Below, in pieces: positions 52,040-64,000 of a stretch of 64,000 nt of DNA. A program made the translations under genes and the position numbers. This DNA comes from Octopus sinensis. Taxonomy: Eukaryota. The notes below the pieces were generated by a model. That model had not been told where the DNA came from. It did not search any database and worked only from the letters and a program-made list of their open reading frames with translations. The DNA is taken from positions 48,732,001-48,796,000 of the forward strand of contig NC_043001.1 in NCBI RefSeq assembly GCF_006345805.1. Reading direction: 5' to 3'. Positions within the stretch are counted from its first letter, which is position 1, and the number at the start of each line of letters is the position of its first letter.

Positions 52040-55000
52040 TAAGGTAATCGAGGTAGTCAGAGTAAGTGACAGAGTACTTAAAATTAGATTAGTGCTTCAC
52101 CATAGGTCAGCTACCATCATCTCGGCATATGCCCCTCAACCAGGGCTACCGGAAGGACAGAAAGACCAATTCTATGACACCCTATTGCGGACTACCTCGT
52201 TGACAAATGACAGTGACCTTCTCTTTGTGGCAGGTGATTTCAATGGACATGTTGGACGGCATGTCGGGGGCTTCCATGGCGTTCATGGAGGCTACGGTTT
52301 TGGCTCTTGTAATGAGGAGGGAACCAGGCTGCTGGAGTTCTGCGATGCAAATGACCTTATGGTCTGCAGTACCAACTTCAGGAAACCCACCTCTCACCTA
52401 GTCACCTACCGTTCTGGCAGACACACTAGCCAGATTGACTACATCCTTGCCAGAAAAAGGGAAAGAGGGCTGCTTATAAATGCCAAAACCTTTCCAGGCG
52501 AAGAATGTACTCCTCAACATAGATTAGTAGTTAGCGACTTCAGGATCAGAGCTAAATGGTTGCCCAGAAGAAGACCAGCTTGGAGGAGAAGAGTCTGGAA
52601 GCTTAAAGATCCTGCAAATGGACAGAGATTTAGAGACATACTACTTGAAGCCTTTGACGAAATAGAAGGGGATATAGCTTCACTTAATGTGGAAGACAAC
52701 TGGAGATTTCTACGGGACAATCTGCTGACAGCCACTGACCAGATCTGTGGATGGAGCAAAGTACCATCTCGACCCAGAGTAACGTGGTTGTGGAACACTG
52801 TGGTTGACAGGGCTATTAGACAAAAGAGACAGGCTTGGAAGGACTGGAAGAACGGTGGTAGCAGGGAATTGTATCAGACAGCCAGAAGGGAAGCTAGGAG
52901 ACAGGTTTATTTAGCCAGAGGGGAAGCGGATAAGAAAAAATTTGCCAATGTTCTGAGCCGTGAGGATGAAAGACTTGAGGTATTTCATGTTGCAAGACAG
53001 TGTGTGAGAGAGAATCGTGATGTGGTAGGAGAGAAATGTGTCCACATGGATGATGGTTCACTTGCACTAAATGAGGATGCAAAGAGAGAGGTTTGGAGAT
53101 GCCACTATGAAAGGTTGCTGAATAAAGAAAATGAATGGGATAAAGAGAGTCTGCCGAATGTCAACCCAACAGAGGGACCAGCCATCCGAGTTGACAATTC
53201 TTTGATAGTTAAAGCAATTAAGAGTATGAAGGCAGAGAAAGCCCCAGGCCCATCAGGAATTACTGCAGAGATGCTCAAAATATCTGGCAGTGTCGGCTAT
53301 AACCTAGTCACCCGTATAGTCAACCAGGTGATACACGAAGGAGTCATACCCAATGACTGGTGTAGCAGCATACTAGTCAACTACTACAAAGGTAAAGGTG
53401 ACGCCCTAGATACAAATATTTACAGAGGTATCAAGCTGTTGGATCAGGTAATGAAGGTTACAGAGAGGGTCATAGCCCAACTAATTAGAGAGAGAGTTAG
53501 TTTAGATGAGATGCAGTTTGGGTTCGTGCCAGGGAAAAGTACCACTGATGCTATATTCCTGGTAAGGCAGCTGCAGGAGAAATACCTAGCCAAAGATAAG
53601 CCCCTGTACCTGGCTTTCGTTGACATGGAGAAAGCCTTTGACAGGGTCCCCCGATCCCTTATCTGGTGGTCAATGAGGAAACTAGGTATAGATGAATGGC
53701 TGGTGAGGGCTGTGCAAGCCATGTACAGGGATGCCGTAAGTAAGGTTAGGGTTGGCAACATGTACACAGAAGAATTCAAAGTAGAGGTTGGGGTCCACCA
53801 GGGTTCAGTATTCAGCCCCCTCCTATTTATCATAGTCCTCCAGGCAATTACGGAGGAATTCAAGGCAGGTTGCCCCTGGGAGCTCCTCTATGCTGACGAC
53901 CTTGCTCTAATTGCTGAGTCACTATCAGAACTGGAGGAGAAGTTCCAGGTGTGGAAGGAGGGTTTAGAATCGAGGGGCCTTAGAGTCAATCTAGCTAAAA
54001 CCAAAGTACTAATAAGTAGGAAGGTAGACAATCCACAAATGTCTTCAGGAAGATGGCCCTGCTCGATCTGTAGAAAAGGTGTAGGTAGAAACTCTATAAG
54101 ATGTACCCAGTGTAAGCTATGGACACATAAGAGGTGCAGCAATGTCAAAAGAAGGCTAACTGGGAAGATAGTTTTTGTATGTGGCAGATGCTCGGGAGCA
54201 TTAACCTCTGAAAATCTGCAGAAAACAACTTCCATCACTTTCCAGGGGGAAAAACTAGAAGTAGTTGATAGCTTCCGTTATCTAGGTGACTAAGTCAGTA
54301 GTGGGGGTGGGTGCGTTGAAAGTGTAACTGCTAGAATAAGAATAGCTTGGGCAAAGTTTAGGGAGCTCTTACCTCTGCTGGTGACTTAAGGCCTCTCGCT
54401 CAGAGTAAAAGGCAGACTGTATGATGCATGTGTATGAACAGCCATGCTACATGGCAGTGAAACATGGGCCGTGACTGCTGAGGACATGCGTAAGCTCGCA
54501 AGAATGAAGCCAGTATGCTCCGATGGATGTGTAATGTCAGTGTACATACTCGACAGAGCGTTAGTACCTTGAGAGAAATGTTGTACCTAAGAAGCATCAG
54601 TTGTGGTGTGCAAGAAAGACGATTGCGCTGGTATGGTCATGTGGCGAGAATGGATGAAGATAGGTGTGTGAAAAAGTGCCAATCCCTAGCAGTTGAGGGA
54701 ACCCGTGGAAGAGGTAGACCCAGGAAAACCTGGGACGAGGTGGTAAAGCACGACCTTCGAACTTTAGGCCTCACTGAGGAAATGGCCAGCGACTGAGACC
54801 TATGGAAATATGCTGTACGTGAGAAGACCAGGCAGGACAAGTGAGCCCAGCACACTTATGCATGCCTTTCCTCCCTTGGACACACAAAGACCTGTTGAGG
54901 CAAGCAAAGTCGACATCGAACCTCATCCGACGACAGGCACCCATGCCAACCCCCTTTGCTTGCGAAGACCTGTTGGGGCAAGTGAAATCGAAATCGAAAT

Positions 55001-55418
55001 CGGAATTGGAATCGAAATTGGAATCGGAATCGAAATTGGAATCGGAATCGAAATTGAACCAATCCTATGACTGGCACCCAGCAGATGCCAGGACCCCTGG
55101 ACTGGTGGCACGTAAAAAGCACCATCCGAATCGTGGCCAAAGCCAGTGCCGCCTCGACTGGCTTCCGTGCCGGTGGCACATAAAATGCACCAATCCGACC
55201 GTGGCTGTTGCCAGCCTCGCCTGGCACCTGTGCGGGTGGCACGTAAAAAGCACCCACTGCACTCACGGAGTGGTTGGCGTTAGGAAGGGCATCCAGCTGT
55301 TGAAACATTGCCAGATAAGACTGGAGCCTGGTGCAGCCTTCTGGCTTCCCAGATCCCCGGTCGAACCGTCCAACCCATGCTAGCATGGAGAACGGACGTT
55401 AAACGATGATGATGATGA
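52040..55418 (+). mobile_element. Near-complete RTE LINE (APE-RT with PHD-like finger), 5'-truncated in the endonuclease
   Basis: YAPQ, GDFNGHVG, QIDYIL, AFVDMEKAFDRVP, LYADDL; long 3' UTR ending ggacgttaaac(GAT)n. Confidence 0.95.
52092..54843 (+). pseudogene. Inactivated RTE EN-RT ORF
   Basis: 733 aa open, then TAA at 54291, further in-frame TAA and TGA, a frameshift near 54502 and TGA at ~54794; homology continues to ...EKTRQDK*. Confidence 0.92.
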
Positions 55419-55583
55419 TATATATATGTGCGTGCGTGTGTGTGTGTGGATATATATATTAAATTAGAGATAAAACCACTATTAGGCAAATCAAACAGTG
55501 AAAAACATAAACATTACTCCCTAATATTATTATTATTATATATATGGATATATATATATATATATATGGATCAAAACAGTTTG

Positions 55584-55650
55584 ATTCAAATTCGTTGGTA
55601 CTCTTGAGTTTCAAGTATGATGCTAGTCATCAGCCATTTTGAATTTGAAT
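55584..55650 (-). ncRNA. Type I hammerhead ribozyme motif at the Penelope 3' end
   Basis: TGG CTGATGA [CTAGCATCATACTT] GAAA CTC-AA-GAG TA CCA, with a perfect 10-bp stem I extension ATTCAAATTC/GAATTTGAAT; stem II degenerate. Confidence 0.8.
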
Positions 55651-57829
55651 GACAGAAGTTGATTGTTATTACTGTAATGTGGGTTACAGTTGGTTGAGAT
55701 AGGTCACACAATGTTGTGGTTTGATGTTGGTATATGGGTAACAGTTAGTTGGAAAATACCACATGGTGAACGGAAAATTGACCACGGGATGGACAGAAAA
55801 TAGACCACATGGAGATTAGGAAATTGGTCTGGTTGTTGGGGTGGAAGCAGGAAGGGGCGGCATATCCAAGTATATAGTTCTATATGTGGGTGTGTAGATG
55901 CTCTCCTAAGGTTGTGCATGTATACATACATGCACATGTATACCTTGCATACCTGTCCATGCATGTGCATATGATGGGCAGATGCATATGCACACTCACA
56001 TACATATGTATGTGCACATATACTCATGTGGTCATGCACAAGGGATGAGAGTATGCAGGTTGGCAGGCATGGAGAAGTGTTGGAGATTGCTGATTTGTGG
56101 TGCTGTTCATGGGGGTTAATTTGTGATGGTGACCTTGGTGCAGGCAGTGCTAGAGGTGGTTGGTACTAAGAAGGTATATCTGGGTTGTCGGTGGCCAGTG
56201 GCTTGAGATTTACCAGTAGGATGTACCTCTGTTGGCAGCAATACGATACTTCATATTTCTTGATGGATACTGCGAGTTGGTAGAGGATATGCAGTTTTTC
56301 ACTGGGGCATAACTGGCAATTAGGGGTGCTGGCTGAATATAGTGGCGCCCTGTCAATAATTGTCCACTTGATGCTAGGTGTTTCGTCTCGGAGGTCATGA
56401 AGTCGCCAGAGAAAGCACAACAGGAAGTAGAGTTATCTCTGTCCCTGGATCTAAATGAATGCAAGTGCTGGGAATATCTTCTCTTGAAGTCATTGGCTGT
56501 CATGCCCGTATAGTGCCTAGTCATGCCATCAGATGGCATAAGGGTGACTCTGTACACTACAGCTCTTGAAAGGTAGGATCCTCCTAGAGAGCAGATGGTA
56601 GAGTTTCAGAAGTTTCAGGTTGGGGTTGGGGATTGTGTGGGTGTGTTTTTACATCTCTTGAGGTGTGTGATGTTAGATGCAGTGTTGTCTAAGCAGGAGT
56701 AGCTTGCCTTGAAATTATGAGGGTTGAAGAGTTTGTAATACTTATGGCCTGAGGAAATGCTTCTTTATTAACAGCAGAAAGCCTCTGGCTACATTGGTAG
56801 AAACTGCTAGATTAAATGGAGGGTTATACCAGGTTATTTTCCTTTTCCTAATTCTCTTGGGGCGAGGAGAGGAGGTTTGGAGTTCATCCACATAGGTGAA
56901 CTTCTCAGAAAATCTGCTCCTAACCAAAGCATTGTTGTAGTGGGGGTGGACCTATTAAAGATTTCCATGTTGACTGAGAGTTTAGACACCTGTTTGCTAA
57001 TGCCTGAAACCAGGTTTCTAATTACAGTTGGGTGGGGTATTGAGCTCTTGTGGATATAAACCATTTCTTCATTAGGTTTCCTGTAGGGGTCGTATTTGCC
57101 TGTATTCTGGTCTAAGGTTACGTCCAAGAAATCAACTGTAGTCAGGTTGGTAGTAACTGTTACGGACAGGCCAAACTGTCCATGGCATCGCCATACATAT
57201 GGCTTGAGATAACCCGGCCATCGTCCCTATAGAGGGCCAACCCATATGGATGGGTACATCTCTTGAGAGTATCCAAAATGTATAACCTGACCTGGTCAGT
57301 GATTTCAGTCTCGTCAAAGCTCCCCATAAAGACATCAAACAATGGATTGCCTTCTTCCTTCACTCAGAAAGAATTGTCATGGACCAGAATTGACTTTTTG
57401 GCATTCATGATGATTTTGATATCAAGATCACTAATGCTGATAAATTGTCCAGCAAAGGCTAGGACCTTTAGGAGGAGGGGCTGAGATATGGAAGGGTAGA
57501 AGTTAACAATGTTGAACTGGGTTCAATTTTCAGGCTGATTTATTCTTGATACTGTGGAACCAGTCTATCACAGCTGCACTAGAGTTCCATTAAGTCAACC
57601 TTGTAGCCCTTCTGATGTCAGAGTTGATAGTATTGAGAATATGCTTCCTAATGACACCTATCTCACTTTTGGAGGGGTTGATCAGCCTACATTTGGGGTT
57701 GGAATGAAAGTTAGGCTTATGGTCCTTAAGTGTAATATGGGTGGGTTGTGTGGTAAGGTGGTCTACACAATCCTCTATCTTAAGGCAGGTAGCTAGCTCC
57801 TTTGCTTCTGTCTTTATGTCATAGTATCT

Positions 57830-58780
57830 CTCTTTTTTTCTTTTTACTTGTTTCAGTCATTTGACTGCGGCCATGCTGGTGCACCGCCTTTAATCAAGCA
57901 ACTCGACCCCAGGACTTATTCTTTGTAAGCCCAGTACTTATTCTATCGGTCTCTTTTGCCGAACCACTAAGTGACGGGGACATAAACACACCAGCATCAG
58001 TTGTCAAGCGATGTTGGGGGACAAATACAGACACACAAACATACACACATCATCATCATCATCATCGTTTAACGTCCGTTTTCCGCGCTAGCACGGGTTG
58101 GACGGTTCGACCAGGGTCTGGGGAGCCAGGTGCTGCCCCAGGCTCCAGTCTGGTCTGGCAGTGTTTCTACAGTTGGATGCCCTTCCTAACGCCAACCACT
58201 CCGCGAGTGTAGTGGGTGCTTTTTACGTGCCACCTGCACAGGTGCCAGAGGCATCGGCCACGGTCAGTTGGTGCTTTTTATGTGCCACCTGCACAGAAGC
58301 CAGTCGAGGCAGTGCTGACATCGGCCACGTTCGGATGGTGCTTTTTTTATGTGGGGGGGTGCAGGAATATAGGGGAGCACCAGTGGGGAGGGGTGTTCAG
58401 AGAAATGATGACAGGTTCTAGACAAGTAGAACGTAGGATATCACGAGAGGGGTAATGCATGGTGAAATAGCGTATTGAAGAGGGGGGTTCGAAGAGTAGA
58501 CACCTATAATGGTGGTGGGAGAAGCGACATCCGGTATAGATGGAGCAAAATATAGAGATATCCGGTATTGGTGGTGGGGGTGGGCAAGGGCGGGCGCACC
58601 GCGAATACTCATACATATATATACATATATACAACAGGCTTCTTTCAGTTTCCGTCTACCAAATCCACTCACAAGGTCGGGCCGAGGCTATGGTAGAAGA
58701 CACTTGCCCAAGGTGCCACACAGTGGGACTGAACCCGGAACCGTGTGGCTGGTAAAGAAGCTACTTACCACACAGCCACT
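57830..58780 (-). mobile_element. Young family CD SINE carrying a nested RTE-tail copy (58049-58349) and an unassigned purine-rich segment (58350-58610)
   Basis: The Penelope reading frame rejoins across this block (...TPCIS | RYYDIKTEAK...). Confidence 0.85.
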
Positions 58781-59213
58781 CTGGAAATACAGGGGGTTTT
58801 TTTTATAAGTTTTGATGATGGTGCTTTTGAGGAGTCTTGAATGTGAGGAAATGTTTGTTTCATAAATGTTTTGTTTCGACTGTAAGGATGTGTAGATTGG
58901 GGGATTGTTTAATACTGGTCATATAGTCATTTAAAGATTTAAGGAAGGGGTTAGAATAATTCTGAAACCTTACCTTCTTTACAATGTTCTATAAGTCAGT
59001 TTTCAAGTTCTCATAGTCTTTCATACGCAGGGGGCATTTTCGGAATATAAGGCCAAACCTATCCACAGATGTAGTAGTGGAAGGGTTCTCGTAGAAGAAA
59101 GTTTTCCAGTACATTCATTTAATGACACTTTTGGTCTTCTCCATGAGTCATGTCAAGTAGATTTTCGTAGGAGGTATTTGGTTATGTATATACATATGTA
59201 TATACATATATAT

Positions 59214-59302
<89 letters not shown>

Positions 59303-59402
59303 CCTGCTCGCTTGGCCAGCGGGATGGCATCATTCGAAGGCTAAAACAATGCGAACGCATTGTGACCAGCGATGTGTAACTACATCTGATGGTCTGGTCG
59401 GT

Positions 59403-59480
<78 letters not shown>

Positions 59481-59634
59481 CACATACACACACACTCACA
59501 TACATACAGATATATATATATATATGTATATGTATATATATATATACATATATATATATATACACACACACACTCACATACATATAGCTAGATATATATA
59601 TACACATACACTCACATACATATAGATATATGTG

Positions 59635-59672
<38 letters not shown>

Positions 59673-60633
59673 CGAGGGACGTTCAATAAGTAATGCCTCT
59701 AACCTACTTGCAGTTGTTTGATCTAGCTGAAATTTTGCATGTGCAATTATTTATATCTCTATAGATTTAGTGGCAAATTACAGCTCTGAAATAATTGTGG
59801 TTTCTGATTTACACGTGTTTGAACTGAGTCAAGTGTGAAATGGAGCCTGTTGAGTGGCGAGCAGTGATCCGCTTTTTGTATTTGAAAGGACGCACACCAC
59901 GGAAGACTTTTGATGAAATGAAAGTAACTTATGGTGATAATGCCCCATCATATGACCTTGTAAAACGCTGGTGTAGGGAATTCAAACATGGTCGGAACTC
60001 TGTGGAAACAGTTCCCAGATCTGGTCACCCCCTTCTGCCATTGATGAGGCATCTGTCCGTCAAGTTGAGGCTGCCATTTTGGAAGATCGACGCATAACTA
60101 TTCGTCAAATAGCCCATGAGGTCAAGATTAATACCGGGTCTGTGGAAACTATCATTCATGACCATCTGCATATGAAAAAGGTGTCTGCCAAATGGATTCC
60201 CAGGTTGCTCACACCTTTCCAGAAGCAAGAACGCGTCGAGTGCTCAAAGATGAATTTGGAGATGTGCCAAGAAGATGAGTCAAAATTTTTCAAAAGACTG
60301 ATTACACAGGATGAAACCTGGGCCCATCACTATGATCTAGAGACCAAAGCCCAGTCAATGCAGTGGAAGCACCGTGACTCACCTCCTCCAAAGAAGGCAA
60401 GGGTGCAGCCCTCCGCTGGTAAGGTCATGCTCACAGACTTCTGGGACCAGGACGGAGTAGTGATGACAGACTTCCTGGCAAAGGGTACCACAATTACAGG
60501 AACCTATTATGCTTCACTTTTGAGGAAATTAAGAGAAGCTATCAAAATCAAGAGGCGGGGCAAGATCAACAAAGGCATCCTCCTGCTGCAGGACAATGCT
60601 CCAGTCCACAACTCGCGTGTCACCAGATCAGAA
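59673..60633 (+). mobile_element. Mariner transposon, 3'-truncated, one frameshift near 60030
   Basis: TA-CGAGGGACGTTCAATAAGT terminus; HTH region, WIPRLLT, TQDETW, AGKVM, LLQDNAPVH; third Asp, SPDL motif and right TIR absent. Confidence 0.93.
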
Positions 60634-60803
60634 GATCTGGGGAAAGCTTGGTCTGCAATGTTTGCAGTCGTGTATGCTTGTCAAGAGCAGGGCTCATTAG
60701 CCACCAACAGAGCCGCAAATGCAAAATATAAGTTAGTCCTAGAGCGCACAATGTTCCTGAAGGTCGGCAATGGTCTTCCTCGGTCACGAGTGGACGGCCA
60801 TCA
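60634..60803 (+). mobile_element. 3' end of an RTE LINE abutting the mariner
   Basis: Alternative frame reads LVCNVCSRVCLSRAGLISHQQSRKCKI*, like the C-terminus of the 2249-3619 ORF; RTE-type 3' end ...cgagtggacggccatca. Confidence 0.85.
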
Positions 60804-61289
60804 TATATATATATGTAATGGGTAGATAAATATTTTGACTTTGTACTTGTCTGGTTAGTGATTTTATTTGAGACTCTGATGAAACTAAACCGATTACACT
60901 GTGGAAGACACAGACATTGATAAACACACAAAACCTGTTGACTTCACTTAATCACTTATTATTATTTTATTTTTTTGGTGTCAAAATTATGAATGGTTAA
61001 TAGGTGTCTTTCACACTGTAATTGTTACATATATACACATATGCACACTTACATGCATGCACACACACATGCACACAAACACACACACACACACACACAC
61101 ATCTTTTATCTTTTAATGTTTTTGTCATTAGATTGTAGCTATGCTAGAATTTTTAGCTGAATGAATCAACCTCAATACTTATTTTTTTGTTAAACCTGAT
61201 ACTTATTCTATCAGTTTCTTTTTGTTGAACTGCTAAGTTAAATACATCTATACCAGCTATCAAGTATCAGCAAAGACACACACACACAC

Positions 61290-61683
61290 ATAGATATATG
61301 GGGAAGCACTCCGTTGGTTACGACGATAAGGGTTCCGGTTGATCCGAATCAACGGAACAGCCTGCTCGTGAAATTAACGTGTAAGTGGTTGAGCACTCCA
61401 CAGACACGTGTACCCTTAACGTAGTTCTCGGGGATATTCAGCGTGACACAGAGAGTGACAAGGCTGGCCCTTTGAAATACATGTACAACAGAAACAGGAA
61501 GTAAGGGTGAGAGAAAGTTCTGGTGAAAGAGTACAGCAGGGATCACAACCATCCCTGCCGGAGCCTCGTGGAGCTTTTAGGTGTTTTCGCTCAATAAACA
61601 CTCACAACGCCCGGTCTGGGAATCGAAACCGCGATCCTACGACCGCGAGTCCACTGCCCTAACCACTGGGCCATTGCGCCTCC
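61290..61683 (-). mobile_element. Young family F tRNA-derived SINE nested in a CD SINE (61100-61830)
   Basis: Head GGAGGCGCAATGGCCCAGTGGTTAGGGC...GGTTTCGATTCC; CpGs intact. Confidence 0.88.
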
Positions 61684-61826
61684 ACAGATATATGTATATA
61701 CATATATACAACAAGCTTCTTTCAGTTTCCATCCACCAAGTCCACTCACAAGGCTTAGGATGACCCAAAGCTATAGCAGAAGGCACTTTCTCAAATTGCC
61801 ATGCACTGGGACTGAACCTGGTACTA

Positions 61827-61857
<31 letters not shown>

Positions 61858-61929
61858 TGTGTGCATGTGCATGTGTGTGTGTGTGTGTGAGAGTGTACAT
61901 GTGTAAAGATGAAATTATTATTACTATAA

Positions 61930-62190
61930 TAAGGATAGAATGGAAAAAAGAGGAAGATCAGAGAGCTATTACCTTAGTTGGTACTAATAGGTGTCTTCCT
62001 CTCAAAGCGAAAGACAAATTGAATGATACTTACATTTAAACAGCAAAGGTAGTGAGACACGGACCCTGAATGCAGATGACCTGTGAGGACCAGAAAGGAA
62101 TGAAGCTAGTATATCCCACTGAATGTAGAATTTCAGTGTGCATATGTACATGACAAAGTACAGATCTGTTGAGAGAAAAATTTATGTGTA
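61930..62190 (+). mobile_element. Old RTE fragment
   Basis: Decayed homologue of LSLRVKGRLYDAC...GSETW...RNEASM. Confidence 0.65.
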
Positions 62191-62499
62191 AGAGGAATTA
62201 GTATATTCATGTCTATACACTCACTGAGTCCTACCTTCAATCTGTCCCTGTCAAGCCTTCTCTGCTTTTAAACTTCCTAATGCTTATCCCTCCATCACTC
62301 TTCTCGCTACAATACTATTTAGCTGCTGTAATCACATGAGTGCAGAATTACATATATTTCATCCTGTTTTGCACTATCAGTTACCCTCTTCCTGGAACCA
62401 CTTCCTTTTAACATCCCATCCTCATTCTCAGTATCATCCCATCCCACTGTATTTTCTATTGATGACCCCTTCCTGTGTCATCAGATATTTTCTGCTTTA

Positions 62500-63960
62500 C
62501 CTTGAACTACATCTTATGATTACTACACTACATCTTTGACACCCTCTCACTGTCATCATTCTCATCACCCTGTCATGTCTGCAACAGCTTCTCATATCTG
62601 CCCACCACATTTGTCAACCATTTACTATATCTACCACTGCATCTCTATTATTGTATGTCTCTCTCTTGTACAATACATGTGATTCCTCTTATACCCATTT
62701 TTTTTATCAACTCCTTTGTGACTTGTTCGTTCACGAGGACTGACATTGCATCATTTATTTCTAGCCTTTGCAGTTCTTCTACATTTGGGATCCATCTCTC
62801 AATACCATAAAGCACTGCAGTTAGTACAAAAGCATCATACAACCTGCCATTTACTCTGAAAGAGAAATTTTTTTGTTACCAACAGAGGTAATCTTGTCTC
62901 CAACCTGTCCTTACTCTGGCTACTCTCAAGTTGGAACACCCACCTCCACTCCTAATTAGGCCACCTACATAACAGAAGCCACTGACAACTTCTTAGGAGC
63001 CTTCTAGACAACTAAGAAAGTCTATTTCACATGCACTTTTAGTATTTATTGTCCTTGTGTATCTGCTACAGCAAAGTTTGCTTTCACCATTAGCCTACCT
63101 GTGTCTGTAGTCCTCACTGAACACCATATGGAATTCCTACTTACTCTTTTTCTGCATTTCAGGGAATGCCATTTCCCTGATGATAGTAAGATCCTGCCTA
63201 TTTTGCCCATTTTCCTACTCTCTAATATTTTGGTTGTTGCTAAATTTACTTTGAAACCTCTTGTGCGCTTGTGTGGAGATTTTGTTGCCATGTCTGGAAA
63301 TTTTTCTATAATTCTACAGCATATTCAGTTATAAAAAGTAGGTTATTAACATCTAGAAGTTCCCACAGATAGCCTGTTTTAAACTCCTCTGCTTTGGCCA
63401 AGAAGATTTTGGAAATTGGAAGAGACTGAGAACTGAGCCTTGGTGGACCTCTAGCTGCATATGAAATCCATCACTGTACTCATTGCTAATTCTCACCTTG
63501 CCTCTGAACAGGTTGTCACCAGCTGTTCATCTTTCATCTACCCTTAGCTTCCTTGGTGACTGCTCAAGAAAGGGACTCTGCTGAAGGTTTTGCTCCAGGT
63601 TAACAAATGCTAACTACAGTGGTTCATCCTAGCTGTGTATGTCTTCAGCAATTGTCTCAATAGAATGATGGAATCAGTGGGATTTCCTGGTACAAAGCTG
63701 AATGTCACTCTCATCTACCTGAAGCATCTTTGGTTATTCTTAATGGATCAGAAATCTTCCCTGCCTTCATATATATTGCTTTATCTATCATATGTCTGTA
63801 AACTTGAATGACCTGTCATTCAAGTTTACAGAAATATGATAGATATAGTGAAGATGCTGATGACCGCTCAGTTCAAAGTCTCTCTTGACCAGAAATGGCC
63901 TGAACTCTTTGCATGAACACCCTCCCTGTACATAACTCCATGTCCCCCTACATGGCCTTG
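62500..63960 (-). mobile_element. Old degenerate RTE LINE related to the 52-55 kb element
   Basis: FVPGNPTDSIILLRQL, EVHQGSVLS, EEFKTGYLWEL, KVNLATTKIL, AVLYGIERW remnants. Confidence 0.8.
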
Positions 63961-64000
63961 CTTTTTGCTTTTTGAGCCAAAAAATTAACTTAACTTAACT

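Larger units (their letters stand above)
55560..59190 (-). mobile_element. Nearly full-length degenerate Penelope-like element (RT plus C-terminal GIY-YIG), split by a nested SINE stack at 57830-58780
   Basis: [92 protein letters not shown]. Confidence 0.92.

Noticed and set aside
55560-56165. SECIS search downstream of the Penelope ORF
   Set aside because: ATGA-containing hairpins lack the apical AA and the 3' GA of the quartet; they derive from TG/CA repeats
55560-59190. Assignment of the PLE to the Naiad clade
   Set aside because: GIY-YIG domain is C-terminal and a hammerhead is present, which fits canonical EN+ PLEs instead
8598-59637. Dozens of ORF-track entries rich in YI/CV/HT/poly-I/poly-L
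   Set aside because: Translations of TA, TG, ATT, CAT and TCT microsatellites; no coding signal

Overview
AT-rich, repeat-saturated animal genomic DNA, not prokaryotic. The SINE/LINE families and TA/CA/ATT/GAT microsatellites look like an octopus (coleoid cephalopod) genome; this is by recognition and unverified. Only one gene model is supportable: a two-exon + strand gene (4870-4918 joined to 5658-6574, ~321 aa) whose C-terminus resembles the SAMD3-like/CACTA accessory protein family, downstream of an NRF1/CCAAT promoter-like island. The rest is mostly transposon debris: two piggyBac derivatives with TTAA TSDs, RTE LINEs (one with an 11-bp TSD, one near-complete with a PHD finger), three R4/Dong-type RLE elements stacked in one (TAA)n tract, two mariners, a nearly full-length Penelope-like element ending in a type I hammerhead ribozyme motif, a Helitron-like 5' end, a decayed 19/70-bp satellite, and dozens of tRNA-derived SINEs, many in same-strand arrays. 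The most interesting signals are several hammerhead cores (including a divergent pair next to a 31-bp hairpin) and two TGA codons at apparently conserved Cys positions in the Penelope ORF. Most ORF-track entries are microsatellite artefacts.
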